A stretch of DNA of 24,000 bases from Candidatus Scalindua rubra (GCA_001723765.1 MAYW01000029.1:1-24000), one strand, 5' to 3'; numbered from the stretch's first letter, positions 1-8,149 are shown. The notes: generated by a model from the sequence alone, not told the origin. Made by a program: numbers and translations.

Positions 1-188
1 GCCCTCCTTTAACCGCCATATTTAATTTGTCGTATGGCCATCGGCAATCCTGATCGCAAAATAATATGCCGAAAAGAAAAGCTAAGTTTTCAAGGTATTA
101 GCTTATTTGAAGGGGATGCAAAAGAGATGGTATATCGAAAATAAAGGGTTGTTGTGTAAAACCAATTAGTAATATAAAAAACATGCAT

Positions 189-464
189 TGGGTCTCCAGC
201 AGTATCACCTTCCATTAATTCTTCTAACAGCTTCACTACATCAGTTTTTTTTTTAATTGAAGGTCTGCCAGCTCCAACTTTGCGTATTCGTTCTGGTGTA
301 ATGTTCTTAATCAAGAGTTCCTGTCGTCCTTTTGCAATAGTTTTTACATTTACTCCTGTTAGTTGCGATATCTTATGATCGCCACCACGACCAAGTTTCA
401 TTGATTCTAATCCCAAATAAAGCCTCATCTGCTTTTCATCAAGAATTGAAAGAAATACTGGCAA
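189..464 (-). pseudogene. ISAzo13-family (Rhodopirellula-type DDE) transposase, N-terminal fragment only
   Basis: ORF 90..464(-) begins MPVFLSILDEKQMRLYLGLESMKLGRGGDHKISQLTGVNVKTIAKGRQEL...RKVGAGRPSIKKK...LEELMEGDTAGDPM. This is the characteristic N-terminal HTH region of ISAzo13-type transposases. Similarity ends after GDPM (about aa 92) and I could not find the DDE part in any frame of 1..190. Confidence 0.55.
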
Positions 465-862
465 ACATTCTGAAACGACTTCATTACTCGTATTGTAAGA
501 TATTTAACAGGGTGAAGGTTGCGCTATTTAAAGAACATTTTAATCAATTTCTCTCAAAAAAAGAAAGATTTGTCTTTCAAAAAGCATTTATATTTTTGTA
601 CAATTACAATATTGTAAAAACTGACCTCTTTATAACTTTAAATTTTTAAATAAAATATGAGATTCAGAAAAAAAGGAGGTAGATATGCAAGAGAAAGAAA
701 TAGGTACAATCACTCACTATTACGGACATCTCAGTGTTGGCATTGTTGAGCTTCAAGATGCCCTGAAAATTGGTGATACGGTCCATATTAAAGGGCATAC
801 TGCTGATTTTACGGAAGTTGTCGAATCAATGCAGATTGAGCACGCCAATGTCACTGAAGCTA

Positions 863-2136
863 AGTGCTCCTGTTCGTAAATACGATGACGTATTATGATT
901 GACTTTTTCCCTAAATATTTGTTATTGTACCTCACAAAAGGAGGTGCAATATGCCTAAAAAGAGCCCTTATTCTATTGTTCTTACTCCATGTGAGGAGAA
1001 GTACTTGCAAGAAATCGCACAGAAATATACGTCACCGTATTTTAAAGTTATCCGCGCCAAAGCTATTCTCCTTGCCTCTCAAGGCATGGAAAATAAAGAA
1101 ATTGGCAAAAGACTTGAGTTGCCACGACAAATCGTCAGTAAATGGCGAAAACGTTTTTTCGAACAACGTTTGTCTGGGCTCCAAGATATGCCAAGGCTGG
1201 GACGACCCTGCCATTTTCCCCCCTGAGATTATAGTGGAAATTAAAGCCTTGGCCTGTGAGATACCCGTCGAACGTCAAATTCCTTTCTCCCGCTTGAGCC
1301 ATGCCGATATTGCCCAAGAAGCCATCAAATCGGGAATAGTGGCTTCCATCAGTGGGGCCACGGTTTGGCGATGGCTTAGTGCGGATGCAATCAAACCATG
1401 GTATTACCGAAGTTGGCTCTTTCCCCGTGACCCGGATTTTGCCAAAAAAGCTGGAATCGTTCTTGTTCTTTATCACAGGATATGGAAAAACAAACCAATG
1501 GGAGCCGATGATTATGTGATCAGCGCCGACGAAAAAACTAGTATCCAAGCTCGCAAAAGAATGTGTGCCACAACACCCTGTGCTCCTAATCGCAAACGCC
1601 GTGTGGAGTCTGAATACGAACGTAAAGGCTCTTTGGCCTACATGGCTGCCTGGGATGTCCATCATGCCAAAATGTTTGGAATTTGCGAAAAACAAACTGG
1701 TATTGAACCTTACCGCCGTTTGGTAGATTTAGTGATGCAACAAAAACCTTACCGGACGGCAAAGCGTGTTTTTTGGGTGACTGACAATGGCTCATCTCAT
1801 CGAGGTAAAGCTTCTTGCATTCGTCTCTCAAAGTGGTATCCAAATGCAATCCAAGTCCATACTCCCATTCATGCCAGTTGGCTAAATCAAGTTGAAATAT
1901 ACTTTTCAGTAATCCAGCGAAAACTCCTAACTCCAAACGATTTCCCAGACTTGGCGACCCTTAAAACTGGAATTTTAAATTTTCAAGAACATTATGAAAA
2001 AATCTCAAAACCTTTTAAATGGAAATTTACAAAAGAAGATATGAAAAACATTCTTTCGAAAATCTCCAATAACCAGAATAAATTGGAACAACAGGCTGCT
2101 TAAAAAATACGTCACCGTATTTACGACTCAGAGCAC
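863..2136 (+). mobile_element. IS630-family insertion sequence (about 1274 bp) with TA target-site duplication
   Basis: TA sits at 861-862 and at 2137-2138. There are imperfect terminal inverted repeats of about 31 bp: left aGTGCTCctgtTCGTAAATACGaTGACGTATT, right reverse complement GTGCTCtgagTCGTAAATACGgTGACGTATT. A 16-bp subterminal copy ATACGTCACCGTATTT occurs at 1027-1042 and 2107-2122. The element encodes a DDE transposase with an N-terminal HTH. Confidence 0.85.
951..2103 (+). CDS. IS630-family transposase encoded in two frames (orfA 951..1226, orfB about 1225..2103); needs a +1 shift at 1218-1226 or is frameshifted
   Basis: orfA reads MPKKSPYSIVLTPCEEKYLQEIAQ...NKEIGKRLELPRQIVSKWRKRFFEQRLSGLQDMPRLGRP (HTH). 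orfB reads ...FPPEIIVEIKALACE...WVTDNGSSH...HASWLNQVEIYFSVIQRK (DDE/D motifs typical of IS630/Tc1-mariner). The first ~100 aa of the 402-aa track ORF (895..) are out-of-frame read-through, not real protein. Confidence 0.8.
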
Positions 2137-2619
2137 TAAGGCAGGGGACATAATAGGTATAAAGGTTAGAGAAAAAGTGCACCCTCACGACAAAGTTTAT
2201 AAGGTTATAGCTTAGAAAGGCGAATCGTTTCAGAAATGGTACTGAGACATTGATGCAGAAATAACTTCTTAAGACGATTTATGTCTAAATCTTCTCGTAA
2301 TATGTCTATAGATAAAGTATAATCCCTGCCATTGATAATTACTATCTAGTTCAATTTTATATCTTTCGGGCGCCTATCGCCTTGTTGGCCTTAGCTACTC
2401 CTTTTCTCTTTCGCCAACGACCAGATCCATAGATTTTCTTCAATCTCTCCTTATTTACCTCGAACTTAATATATATAAACAAAAAGCCTTGAATATAATA
2501 AATGTTTTTGATACCATTTTCCCCTATCAGATGGGGATGTTCATTAGATGCAAATAGGCACCTTTAAAATAGTCTTTGACATGGTTTAATACAACTTCGA
2601 GGGTTGTTTTTATAAACAT

Positions 2620-3375
2620 TTGGGAAAAAATTTGAAAGATTATTTTGTATCAATTTCATCGAAATACGATGATCTAAGGGGTAAAGAGATATTACCTCCT
2701 CTCTGTAATACGCTGGAAAGATTGACAAATAAGGACTCAAAAGTATTAGATGTGGCTTGTGGGACAGGCTTATTTTTAATTCCCATTGCAACTAAATTTG
2801 ATCTTGAGCTTTTTGGGTCTGATTTATCTTTAGGTATGTTAAAGACTGCGTATAAAAAGACAGGAAATAACAACCACAAAGTAAGATTTTTAGGAGCAGA
2901 TGTACATAATTTACCATTTCCAGACAAATACTTTGATGTTCTAATAAGTACAAATGCAATACATCATTTTGATTTGGTAAAGAGCCTTAAAGAGTGTGCT
3001 CGTGTTCTAAAAAAGGGTGGAAGTTATGTAGTTTTTAGTAGATTTAGAGAGCAGAATGACCGTTCTTTTTGGGGGAAAAACTTTCCAAATTTTGCTGTTA
3101 AGGAAAATAGATTGTATGATAGGGAAGAATTCGTAGATGCAGCAGAAAAAATTGAAGAGCTTGATTTAGACAACATAAATGAGTTACGTTTTGAAAAACA
3201 AGCGACAGAAGAGGAAATTTTAGCGGAGGCAACCAATAAGAAATACTCGACTTTTGAACTCTATACTGAAGAAGAGTTTAAAGAGAGTTTGAATTCATTT
3301 AAAAATTGGCTAAAGGGTAGAAAGAACATACACTTTACTTCAGAAATAGGTGAAGTAATCTTCAAGAGGATTTAG
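2620..3375 (+). CDS. Class I SAM-dependent methyltransferase
   Basis: Motif I is VLDVACGTGLF. The post-motif FDVLISTNAIHHF is typical of Methyltransf_11-type enzymes. The TTG start at 2620 is uncertain. Confidence 0.7.
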   Translation: MGKNLKDYFVSISSKYDDLRGKEILPPLCNTLERLTNKDSKVLDVACGTGLFLIPIATKFDLELFGSDLSLGMLKTAYKKTGNNNHKVRFLGADVHNLPFPDKYFDVLISTNAIHHFDLVKSLKECARVLKKGGSYVVFSRFREQNDRSFWGKNFPNFAVKENRLYDREEFVDAAEKIEELDLDNINELRFEKQATEEEILAEATNKKYSTFELYTEEEFKESLNSFKNWLKGRKNIHFTSEIGEVIFKRI

Positions 3376-4113
3376 ATGAAAAGAATTATTCAGGTTATTT
3401 ACTCTATATATGCGTGGTTTGTGTGTTGTTTAGTATGGTGTGTTGGTTATTTTGTTTCTGTCATTTCTACTATTGGCACTAAAGATAAGGAAGGTAAATA
3501 TAACTCTATAGAACGGTTTTTTACAAGAATTACATTTAAACTTATAGGAATAAATATAGATATAAAGGGCTTAGAAAATATTCCAGATAAAGAACCAGTA
3601 ATATTTGTCTCGAACCATCAGAGTCTTTTAGACATAAAGCTTTCTATAGCAGTTATACCCAAAAATTTCAGTTTTATTTCTAAAGAAATTATTTTTAAAA
3701 TGCCTATACTTGGAAAATATATGAGGACTTCAGGACATATATCTTTGCGCAGGAGTGATGAAAGAAGGGCATATGCAACATTGAATGAGGTTATAAAAAA
3801 GCTTGATGATGGCAAATCAGTAGTCTTTTTTCCTGAAGGTACGAGAAGTATAAGTGGTGAACTCGGATGTTTTAAGAGAGGTATTTCAATGATTATTCTA
3901 AGGTCAGGTAGAAAGGTAATTCCAACAGCTATTATTGGAAGTGGAGGGTTTTTGCCTAAAAGTAGTTTTCTTGGTAACCCTGAAAGTAGGGATATCAGAT
4001 TTAAATTTGGTAAACCACTAGAGTTTCCAAAAGTTGAGAAAGAAGATAGAGTGCGATCGAAAGATGTGCTGGAGAAAGTAAGATCTGAAGTCTCAAAACT
4101 TCTATATAATTGA
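3376..4113 (+). CDS. plsC: 1-acyl-sn-glycerol-3-phosphate acyltransferase (lysophospholipid acyltransferase)
   Basis: It has an N-terminal TM helix, the HX4D motif NHQSLLD and the FPEGTRS motif. The start codon abuts the stop of the upstream gene. Confidence 0.8.
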   Translation: MKRIIQVIYSIYAWFVCCLVWCVGYFVSVISTIGTKDKEGKYNSIERFFTRITFKLIGINIDIKGLENIPDKEPVIFVSNHQSLLDIKLSIAVIPKNFSFISKEIIFKMPILGKYMRTSGHISLRRSDERRAYATLNEVIKKLDDGKSVVFFPEGTRSISGELGCFKRGISMIILRSGRKVIPTAIIGSGGFLPKSSFLGNPESRDIRFKFGKPLEFPKVEKEDRVRSKDVLEKVRSEVSKLLYN

Positions 4114-4124
4114 AAGGGAAAACA

Positions 4125-4358
4125 ATGTGTGACTTAGGAGGAAATGTTAGTTGTGACTTAGGTACATGGCAATGCGCATGCTGTGGTAGAGGTGTCAATG
4201 ACCTCGACGTAAAGGCAGGGAAAGTAGAAGGTCTGTGTGATATAGGTATATGTAGCTCTTGTCGCAATGAACCAGATGAGTGGATTGATTTCGCAAAGAA
4301 TGAATGGGATTTAGGAACATGCGATTTATGCGATTTTCCTTGTAAGCTGAAACGCTAA
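4125..4358 (+). CDS. Hypothetical small cysteine-rich protein (12 Cys in about 77 aa)
   Basis: ORF 4110..4358. The likelier start is ATG 4125, preceded by AAGGGA. CDLG/CDIG/CDLC motifs recur (MCDLGGNVSCDLGTWQCACCGRG...GLCDIGICSSCRN...LGTCDLCDFPCK). I recognise no family. Confidence 0.45.
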   Translation: MCDLGGNVSCDLGTWQCACCGRGVNDLDVKAGKVEGLCDIGICSSCRNEPDEWIDFAKNEWDLGTCDLCDFPCKLKR

Positions 4359-4359
4359 T

Positions 4360-4386
4360 AAATTAGCTCCCTTTGGTCGCTAATTT
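4360..4386 (+). terminator. Putative hairpin terminator after the Cys-rich ORF
   Basis: The stem is AAATTAGC (4360-4367) / GCTAATTT (4379-4386) with an 11-nt loop, followed by ATAATCGTTTT. The stem is AT-rich and therefore weak. Confidence 0.3.
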
Positions 4387-4442
4387 ATAATCGTTTTGCT
4401 CCGCAAAACAAAAAACTGTTTAGAGTTAATTCGTGAAGATTC

Positions 4443-4742
4443 GTGGCTAAAAAGCTGAAAAGAATGAGTACTCAACAAATAGCATTATTTATTGCAGCAG
4501 GTGTTGCAGTATGGGTGTATATAGATGCAAAAAAGAATGGTTATAGTACGCCTGCAGCCATAGGGTGGATGTTGGGTGTTTTTTTGCTCATGATAGTATT
4601 CTTACCTATTTATTTAATAATGAAAGCAAAGCGTGCAAAACGTCCTCAATTATCAACATCCTGTGAATTTTGTAGAAAGCATTATTATGGTAACCCAAAC
4701 TATTGCCCGCACTGTGGACATATGGTTCGCAAAATAAATTAG
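4443..4742 (+). CDS. Hypothetical two-TM membrane protein with C-terminal zinc ribbon
   Basis: It has two hydrophobic helices (IALFIAAGVAVWVYI; WMLGVFLLMIVFLPIYLI) and a C-terminal CEFC...CPHC. The start is GTG 4443 or ATG 4464. Confidence 0.5.
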   Translation: MAKKLKRMSTQQIALFIAAGVAVWVYIDAKKNGYSTPAAIGWMLGVFLLMIVFLPIYLIMKAKRAKRPQLSTSCEFCRKHYYGNPNYCPHCGHMVRKIN

Positions 4743-4749
4743 CTTTCAG

Positions 4750-4950
4750 CCTGCCTGTGCGTGAACGCACGCAGACAGGTCGCTACTTTATCGCATTTTA
4801 ACACGAAAATAACCGCTGGACTCCTCCCGAAAGGGAGGAAGCACCTTGCTTTCGCAAGGAATCCAATCCTGACCTGTTGCCAGTGCCTGTCCTGAACTCG
4901 ATTCAGGGACAGGTTTTCATCCTTCGTGGTGTCCCAAAGGGGCATGAAGG
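4750..4950. repeat. Cluster of GC-rich hairpin modules (REP/MITE-like repeat family), copy A
   Basis: Hairpins lie at 4750-4779, 4822-4839 (CCTCCC-GAAA-GGGAGG), 4844-4859 (CCTTGC-TTTC-GCAAGG), 4886-4913 and 4921-4950. The modules recur in inverted orientation at 23300-23409, including a 24-nt exact match (4844-4867 vs 23361-23384). Confidence 0.75.
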
Positions 4951-5077
4951 TTTGCTTCGCAAAATGAGAATTACCGTTTAGAATGTGTATTATCTCTTTG
5001 AATACAATAATTAGATTTTGTAAGGTATAATATTTCCGTAACTTGTTGAATTTACGATATATTGATACGTAAGAATT

Positions 5078-5500
5078 ATGAGAGAAAGAATAACAAAAGA
5101 ATTAAGAGAAGCAATGAAGTCTCAGAACAAACTGAGAATGTCCGTATTGAGGATGTTATTAGCTGAGATTACAAATGCAGAAAAATCTGGTAGAGACTTT
5201 GAATATATAGATGTAGTAAAAGGATATGCAAAGAAACTGAAGAAGACGATTGAAGAATACGAACGTTTGCAAATTCAGGATAAGGTAAATTCATGTAAGG
5301 AAGAACTGAAGATAGTCGAAGAATTTCTGCCAAAGCAGATGACAGACGAAGAACTTGAGAGGGTTGTGACGGAAGTAATAGAATCAGAAAAACCTAAAGA
5401 TATCGGATCGGCAATGAAGATTATTATGAGTAAGTACAAAGGCGTTGTTGATGGCAAAAAGGTTCAGACTTTGGTAAAGGATATGTTTTTAAAAAAATAG
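5078..5500 (+). CDS. GatB/YqeY domain-containing protein
   Basis: MRERITKELREAMKSQNKLRMSVLRMLLAEITNAEK... together with the ~140-aa length is typical of YqeY-like proteins. Confidence 0.75.
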   Translation: MRERITKELREAMKSQNKLRMSVLRMLLAEITNAEKSGRDFEYIDVVKGYAKKLKKTIEEYERLQIQDKVNSCKEELKIVEEFLPKQMTDEELERVVTEVIESEKPKDIGSAMKIIMSKYKGVVDGKKVQTLVKDMFLKK

Positions 5501-5578
5501 CTTATGTGGAAGAAGTATGGCAAGTATGGGGGTCAGGTCTTGCAATATAACAAATAATTTTTTACTATTGTGTCTATA

Positions 5579-6094
5579 ATGGCAAGACCTTTACGCTTAG
5601 AAATTGAAGGAGGAGTTTATCATATAACTTCTCGTGGTAACGCAAGACAACTCATATTTCTAGATGAGAATGACAAGCAAAAGTTTCTTGAAACTCTCAA
5701 TTCAGTAGTAGAGAGATTTAACTGGCTTTGTCATGCATATTGTTTGATGAACAATCCATTTAATGATTGAAACCCCTGATGGAAACATTTCCAGAGGAAT
5801 GAGGCAACTAAATGGTGTATATACTCAGTCTTTTAATAAGAGACACAAAAGTATAGGAAACTGCTTAAGGGAAAAGAGGACTTAAAAGAAGTGCCAGGGA
5901 TTCAGCGATATGCGTTAAGGCCAAAACTTGACAAATTACTTTTAGAAAGTAAATATGAAAACAAAAAAATAGAGGATAAAATCATTTACGAAGCATACGT
6001 TCGTTATGGATATACACTGAAAGAGATTGCAGAATATTTAGGTGTTCGCTATGTTACCATAAGCCGTACTATCAAGCGGGTTGAAGAAAAATGA
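5579..6094 (+). pseudogene. Degenerate REP-associated tyrosine transposase (RAYT / IS200-IS605 Y1 type with C-terminal HTH)
   Basis: MARPLRLEIEGGVYHITSRGNARQLIFLDENDKQKFLETLNSVVERFNWLCHAYCLMNN is followed by a frame break where the HUH motif should be. The +1 frame then gives HLMIETPDGNISRGMRQLNGVYTQSFNKRHKSIG (from about 5757) and stops. The central catalytic-Tyr region is missing. The C-terminal HTH part is 5891..6094 (...YEAYVRYGYTLKEIAEYLGVRYVTISRTIKRVEEK). Confidence 0.7.
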
Positions 6095-6200
6095 TAAAAA
6101 GTAATATTGTAAGACCTGACCCCATATCTTCATTGTAAGACCTGACCCCATATCTTCAATGATAAAAAGTAATATTGTAAGACCTGACCCCATATCTTCA
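6091..6200 (+). repeat. REP-like direct repeats (3 copies of a 26-nt core; 42-nt unit twice), with an inverted partner at 5525-5548
   Basis: The core TTGTAAGACCTGACCCCATATCTTCA lies at 6107-6132, 6133-6158 and 6175-6200. The extended unit ATGATAAAAAGTAATA+core lies at 6091-6132 and 6159-6200. The inverted near-copy TATGGGGGTCAGGTCTTGCAATAT lies at 5525-5548, upstream of the RAYT remnant. Confidence 0.8.
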
Positions 6201-6235
6201 TGCTTATTAAAGCAGTGACACGGTCACTGTACTCC

Positions 6236-6267
6236 AAAAAGATTATTGTCGGGTAAGGATACCCGAC
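6236..6267 (-). terminator. Rho-independent terminator of nrdJ
   Basis: On the minus strand GTCGGGTA-tcct-TACCCGAC (6248-6267) is followed by AATAATCTTTTT, directly after the nrdJ stop. Confidence 0.7.
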
Positions 6268-6270
6268 CTA

Positions 6271-8034
6271 CTACAGAATCTCCTCGCACGCACATTCTAT
6301 TGAAAGGGCTTGAGACATACGGCTTTTGTCTCTATAAACGGTGATTCCTTTACATCCACCTTTATACGCTAAAAGAAAAGCTCTTTCCACATCTTCCTTT
6401 GTAGTATCTTGAGAAAAGTTTATTGTTTTGGAAACGGCATTGTCTATATACTTTTGAAAAGTAGCTTGCATTTTGATATGCCACTCAGGAGAAATATCTT
6501 TTGCTGTAACAAACACTTCCTTTATCTCTTCAGGAATGCTTTTAATATCTCTAATTGTTCCTTTCATTGAAATTTCTTTAACAAGGGTTGATGAATAAAA
6601 TCCTTTTTCTTTTGCTGCTGCTTCAAATAAGGGGTGTAAACCAGATATATTTTTATTACCAAGAATATGATGAACATAAGATAAAGCGAATAACGGTTCA
6701 ATTCCACTTGAACAATTCGCAATTATGCTTAAGGTGCCTGTTGGTGCAATAGTTGTTCTTGTTGCATTTCTAAATTTTAATGAGTCTGGTTTATTGAGCT
6801 TACTTTTCTCAAAATTAGGAAAAGCACCTCTTTCCTCAGCAAGTCTTGCTGAAGAGAGATTTGCTTCTTTAGAAAAGAATTCCATTAATTTATCAGCGAT
6901 ATTTAAAGCATCTATTGAATTGTAGGGTATACCCATTTTTATAAGCATATCGGCAAAGCCCATAACCCCGAGCCCTATTTTTCTATTGTTTTTTGTCATC
7001 CTGGAAATTTCATTAAGCGGAAATCTATTCACGTCTATAATGTTATCTAGAAAATGTACACTAATCTTTATCGTGTCTGATAGTTTTTCCCAGTTAATTT
7101 TATAGGTATTACCATCTTGTAATAACATTTTGGCCAGGTTTATAGAACCAAGTACACAAGATTCAAAAGGCAGTAAGGGTTGTTCACCACAGGGGTTCGT
7201 GCCTTCAATTTTTCCAATATTTGGCGTTGGATTTGAGTCGTTAATTTTATCTAAAAATATCATGCCGGGTTCACCATTCTTCCAGGCTGCATAGACAAGT
7301 TTATCGAAAACGTCTTTTGCATAAAGTTGTTTTACTACTTTACCTGTGCGGGGATTGACTAAAGGATACTTTTTATTTTTCTCTAGTGCCTTCATAAATT
7401 CATCCGTAATGGCTACTGAGATATTGAAGTTAATTAAATTTCCTTCCTGATTCTTTGCGCTAATAAAATCCAGGATATCAGGGTGGTTTACCCTTAGTAC
7501 TGCCATATTAGCTCCACGTCTAAAGCCTCCTTGATTGATAGATTCTGTTGCCTCATTGAAAACCTTCATAAATGATATAGGACCACTTGCTTTTCCTCCT
7601 GAAGTACTTACAACATCATCTTTGGGCCTTATATTCGAAAAAGAAAATCCTGTACCACCACCGCTTTGGTGAATCAATGCAGCATATTTGACAGTATCAA
7701 AGATACTTTCGATCGAGTCCTCAATTGGTAATACAAAACAGGCAGCTAGTTGCTGAAATTCTCTGCCTGCATTCATAAGTGCAGGAGAATTTGGTAAGAA
7801 TTCCGAGTTTAACATTAAATCATAGAACTGATCTTCTATAGCTTTAATGTCCACACCATTGTTGTATATAGTATCAGCAGATGCAATGTTTCTGGCGATA
7901 CGACGAAACATTTCCATAGGTGTTTCGACAATTTCTCCAAATTCATTTTTTTTCAAATACCTTTCTTCTAGTACTATTTTTGATTTAGGAGAAATTTTTA
8001 TTTTGGAAGAGTTTGTGGATAATTTTTTTGACAT
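6271..8034 (-). CDS. nrdJ: Adenosylcobalamin-dependent (class II) ribonucleotide reductase
   Basis: The ORF is 587 aa. The N-terminus LEERYLKKNEFGEIVETPMEMFRRIARNIA, the active-site TNPCGEQPL, GCKGITVYRDKSR near the C-terminus and a C-terminal Cys pair (ECACEEIL) all fit. There is no ATP-cone. Confidence 0.85.
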   Translation of the reverse strand: MSKKLSTNSSKIKISPKSKIVLEERYLKKNEFGEIVETPMEMFRRIARNIASADTIYNNGVDIKAIEDQFYDLMLNSEFLPNSPALMNAGREFQQLAACFVLPIEDSIESIFDTVKYAALIHQSGGGTGFSFSNIRPKDDVVSTSGGKASGPISFMKVFNEATESINQGGFRRGANMAVLRVNHPDILDFISAKNQEGNLINFNISVAITDEFMKALEKNKKYPLVNPRTGKVVKQLYAKDVFDKLVYAAWKNGEPGMIFLDKINDSNPTPNIGKIEGTNPCGEQPLLPFESCVLGSINLAKMLLQDGNTYKINWEKLSDTIKISVHFLDNIIDVNRFPLNEISRMTKNNRKIGLGVMGFADMLIKMGIPYNSIDALNIADKLMEFFSKEANLSSARLAEERGAFPNFEKSKLNKPDSLKFRNATRTTIAPTGTLSIIANCSSGIEPLFALSYVHHILGNKNISGLHPLFEAAAKEKGFYSSTLVKEISMKGTIRDIKSIPEEIKEVFVTAKDISPEWHIKMQATFQKYIDNAVSKTINFSQDTTKEDVERAFLLAYKGGCKGITVYRDKSRMSQALSIECACEEIL

Positions 8035-8079
8035 TTTTTTTATAAGTTATTGTTTTCTCAAGATATTTCTCTATATATA

Positions 8080-8108
8080 ATTATAAACTTACTACACAAT
8101 ATGTACAA
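8080..8108 (-). promoter_or_regulatory. Putative sigma70-type promoter of nrdJ
   Basis: The minus strand reads TTGTAC (8108-8103), 17 nt, TATAAT (8085-8080). The -35/spacer region overlaps putative NrdR box 1. Confidence 0.5.
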
Positions 8109-8140
8109 TTAGATTTTAAATGATATACAAAATATAGTAT
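8094..8140. promoter_or_regulatory. Two putative NrdR boxes, 31 bp apart
   Basis: ACACAATATGTACAAT (8094-8109) matches 12/16 and ATACAAAATATAGTAT (8125-8140) matches 13/16 of the published NrdR consensus acaCwAtATaTwGtgt. The start-to-start spacing of 31 bp (three helical turns) is typical of tandem NrdR boxes. Confidence 0.5.
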
Positions 8141-8149
8141 TTTTTTCCC

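Larger units (their letters stand above)
685..2215 (+). pseudogene. Small translation-elongation-factor-like (EF-Tu domain 2-like beta-barrel) protein, split by an IS630-family insertion (exon-like parts 685..862 and 2139..2215)
   Basis: There is a strong RBS, AAGGAGG, at 673-679. The left part reads MQEKEIGTITHYYGHLSVGIVELQDALKIGDTVHIKGHTADFTEVVESMQIEHANVTEAK. After removing the IS plus one TA copy, the frame continues AGDIIGIKVREKVHPHDKVYKVIA* (stop 2213-2215). The joined 84-aa protein looks like the widespread ~85-aa 'elongation factor-like' family. Confidence 0.7.

Noticed and set aside
401-649. The 82-aa plus-strand ORF in the spacer next to the ISAzo13 fragment
   Set aside because: It overlaps the transposase fragment antisense and continues through AT-rich non-coding DNA. 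It has no RBS and no recognisable motifs.
895-1224. The first ~110 codons of the 402-aa track ORF (MIDFFPKYLLLYLTKGGAICLKRALILLFLLHVRRSTCKK…) considered as the transposase N-terminus
   Set aside because: This is out-of-frame read-through across the IS end and over orfA. The real N-terminal HTH is the 91-aa orfA in the other frame (951..1226).
2216-2560. Short minus-strand peptide fragments (e.g. KERLKKIYGSGRWRKRKGVAKANKAIGARKI* from about 2452-2357) considered as a gene remnant
   Set aside because: The open frames are under 40 codons and interrupted by stops. I cannot assign a family confidently from memory. It may be debris of a lost gene but is not supportable as a feature.
4739-4945. The 68-aa ORF on the minus strand (and the 68-aa ORF 23328..23534 on the plus strand) considered as genes
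   Set aside because: Both are translations of the GC-rich hairpin repeats, which have few stop codons in GC-rich DNA. There is no RBS or start context, and the same DNA recurs as a repeat in the opposite orientation.
6091-6200. Direct repeats considered as a CRISPR array
   Set aside because: There are only three copies of a 26-nt core, with spacers of 0 and 16 nt. The 16-nt stretch is itself part of a longer 42-nt repeat. There are no unique spacers and no cas genes, and an inverted copy flanks a RAYT remnant, so this is REP-like.
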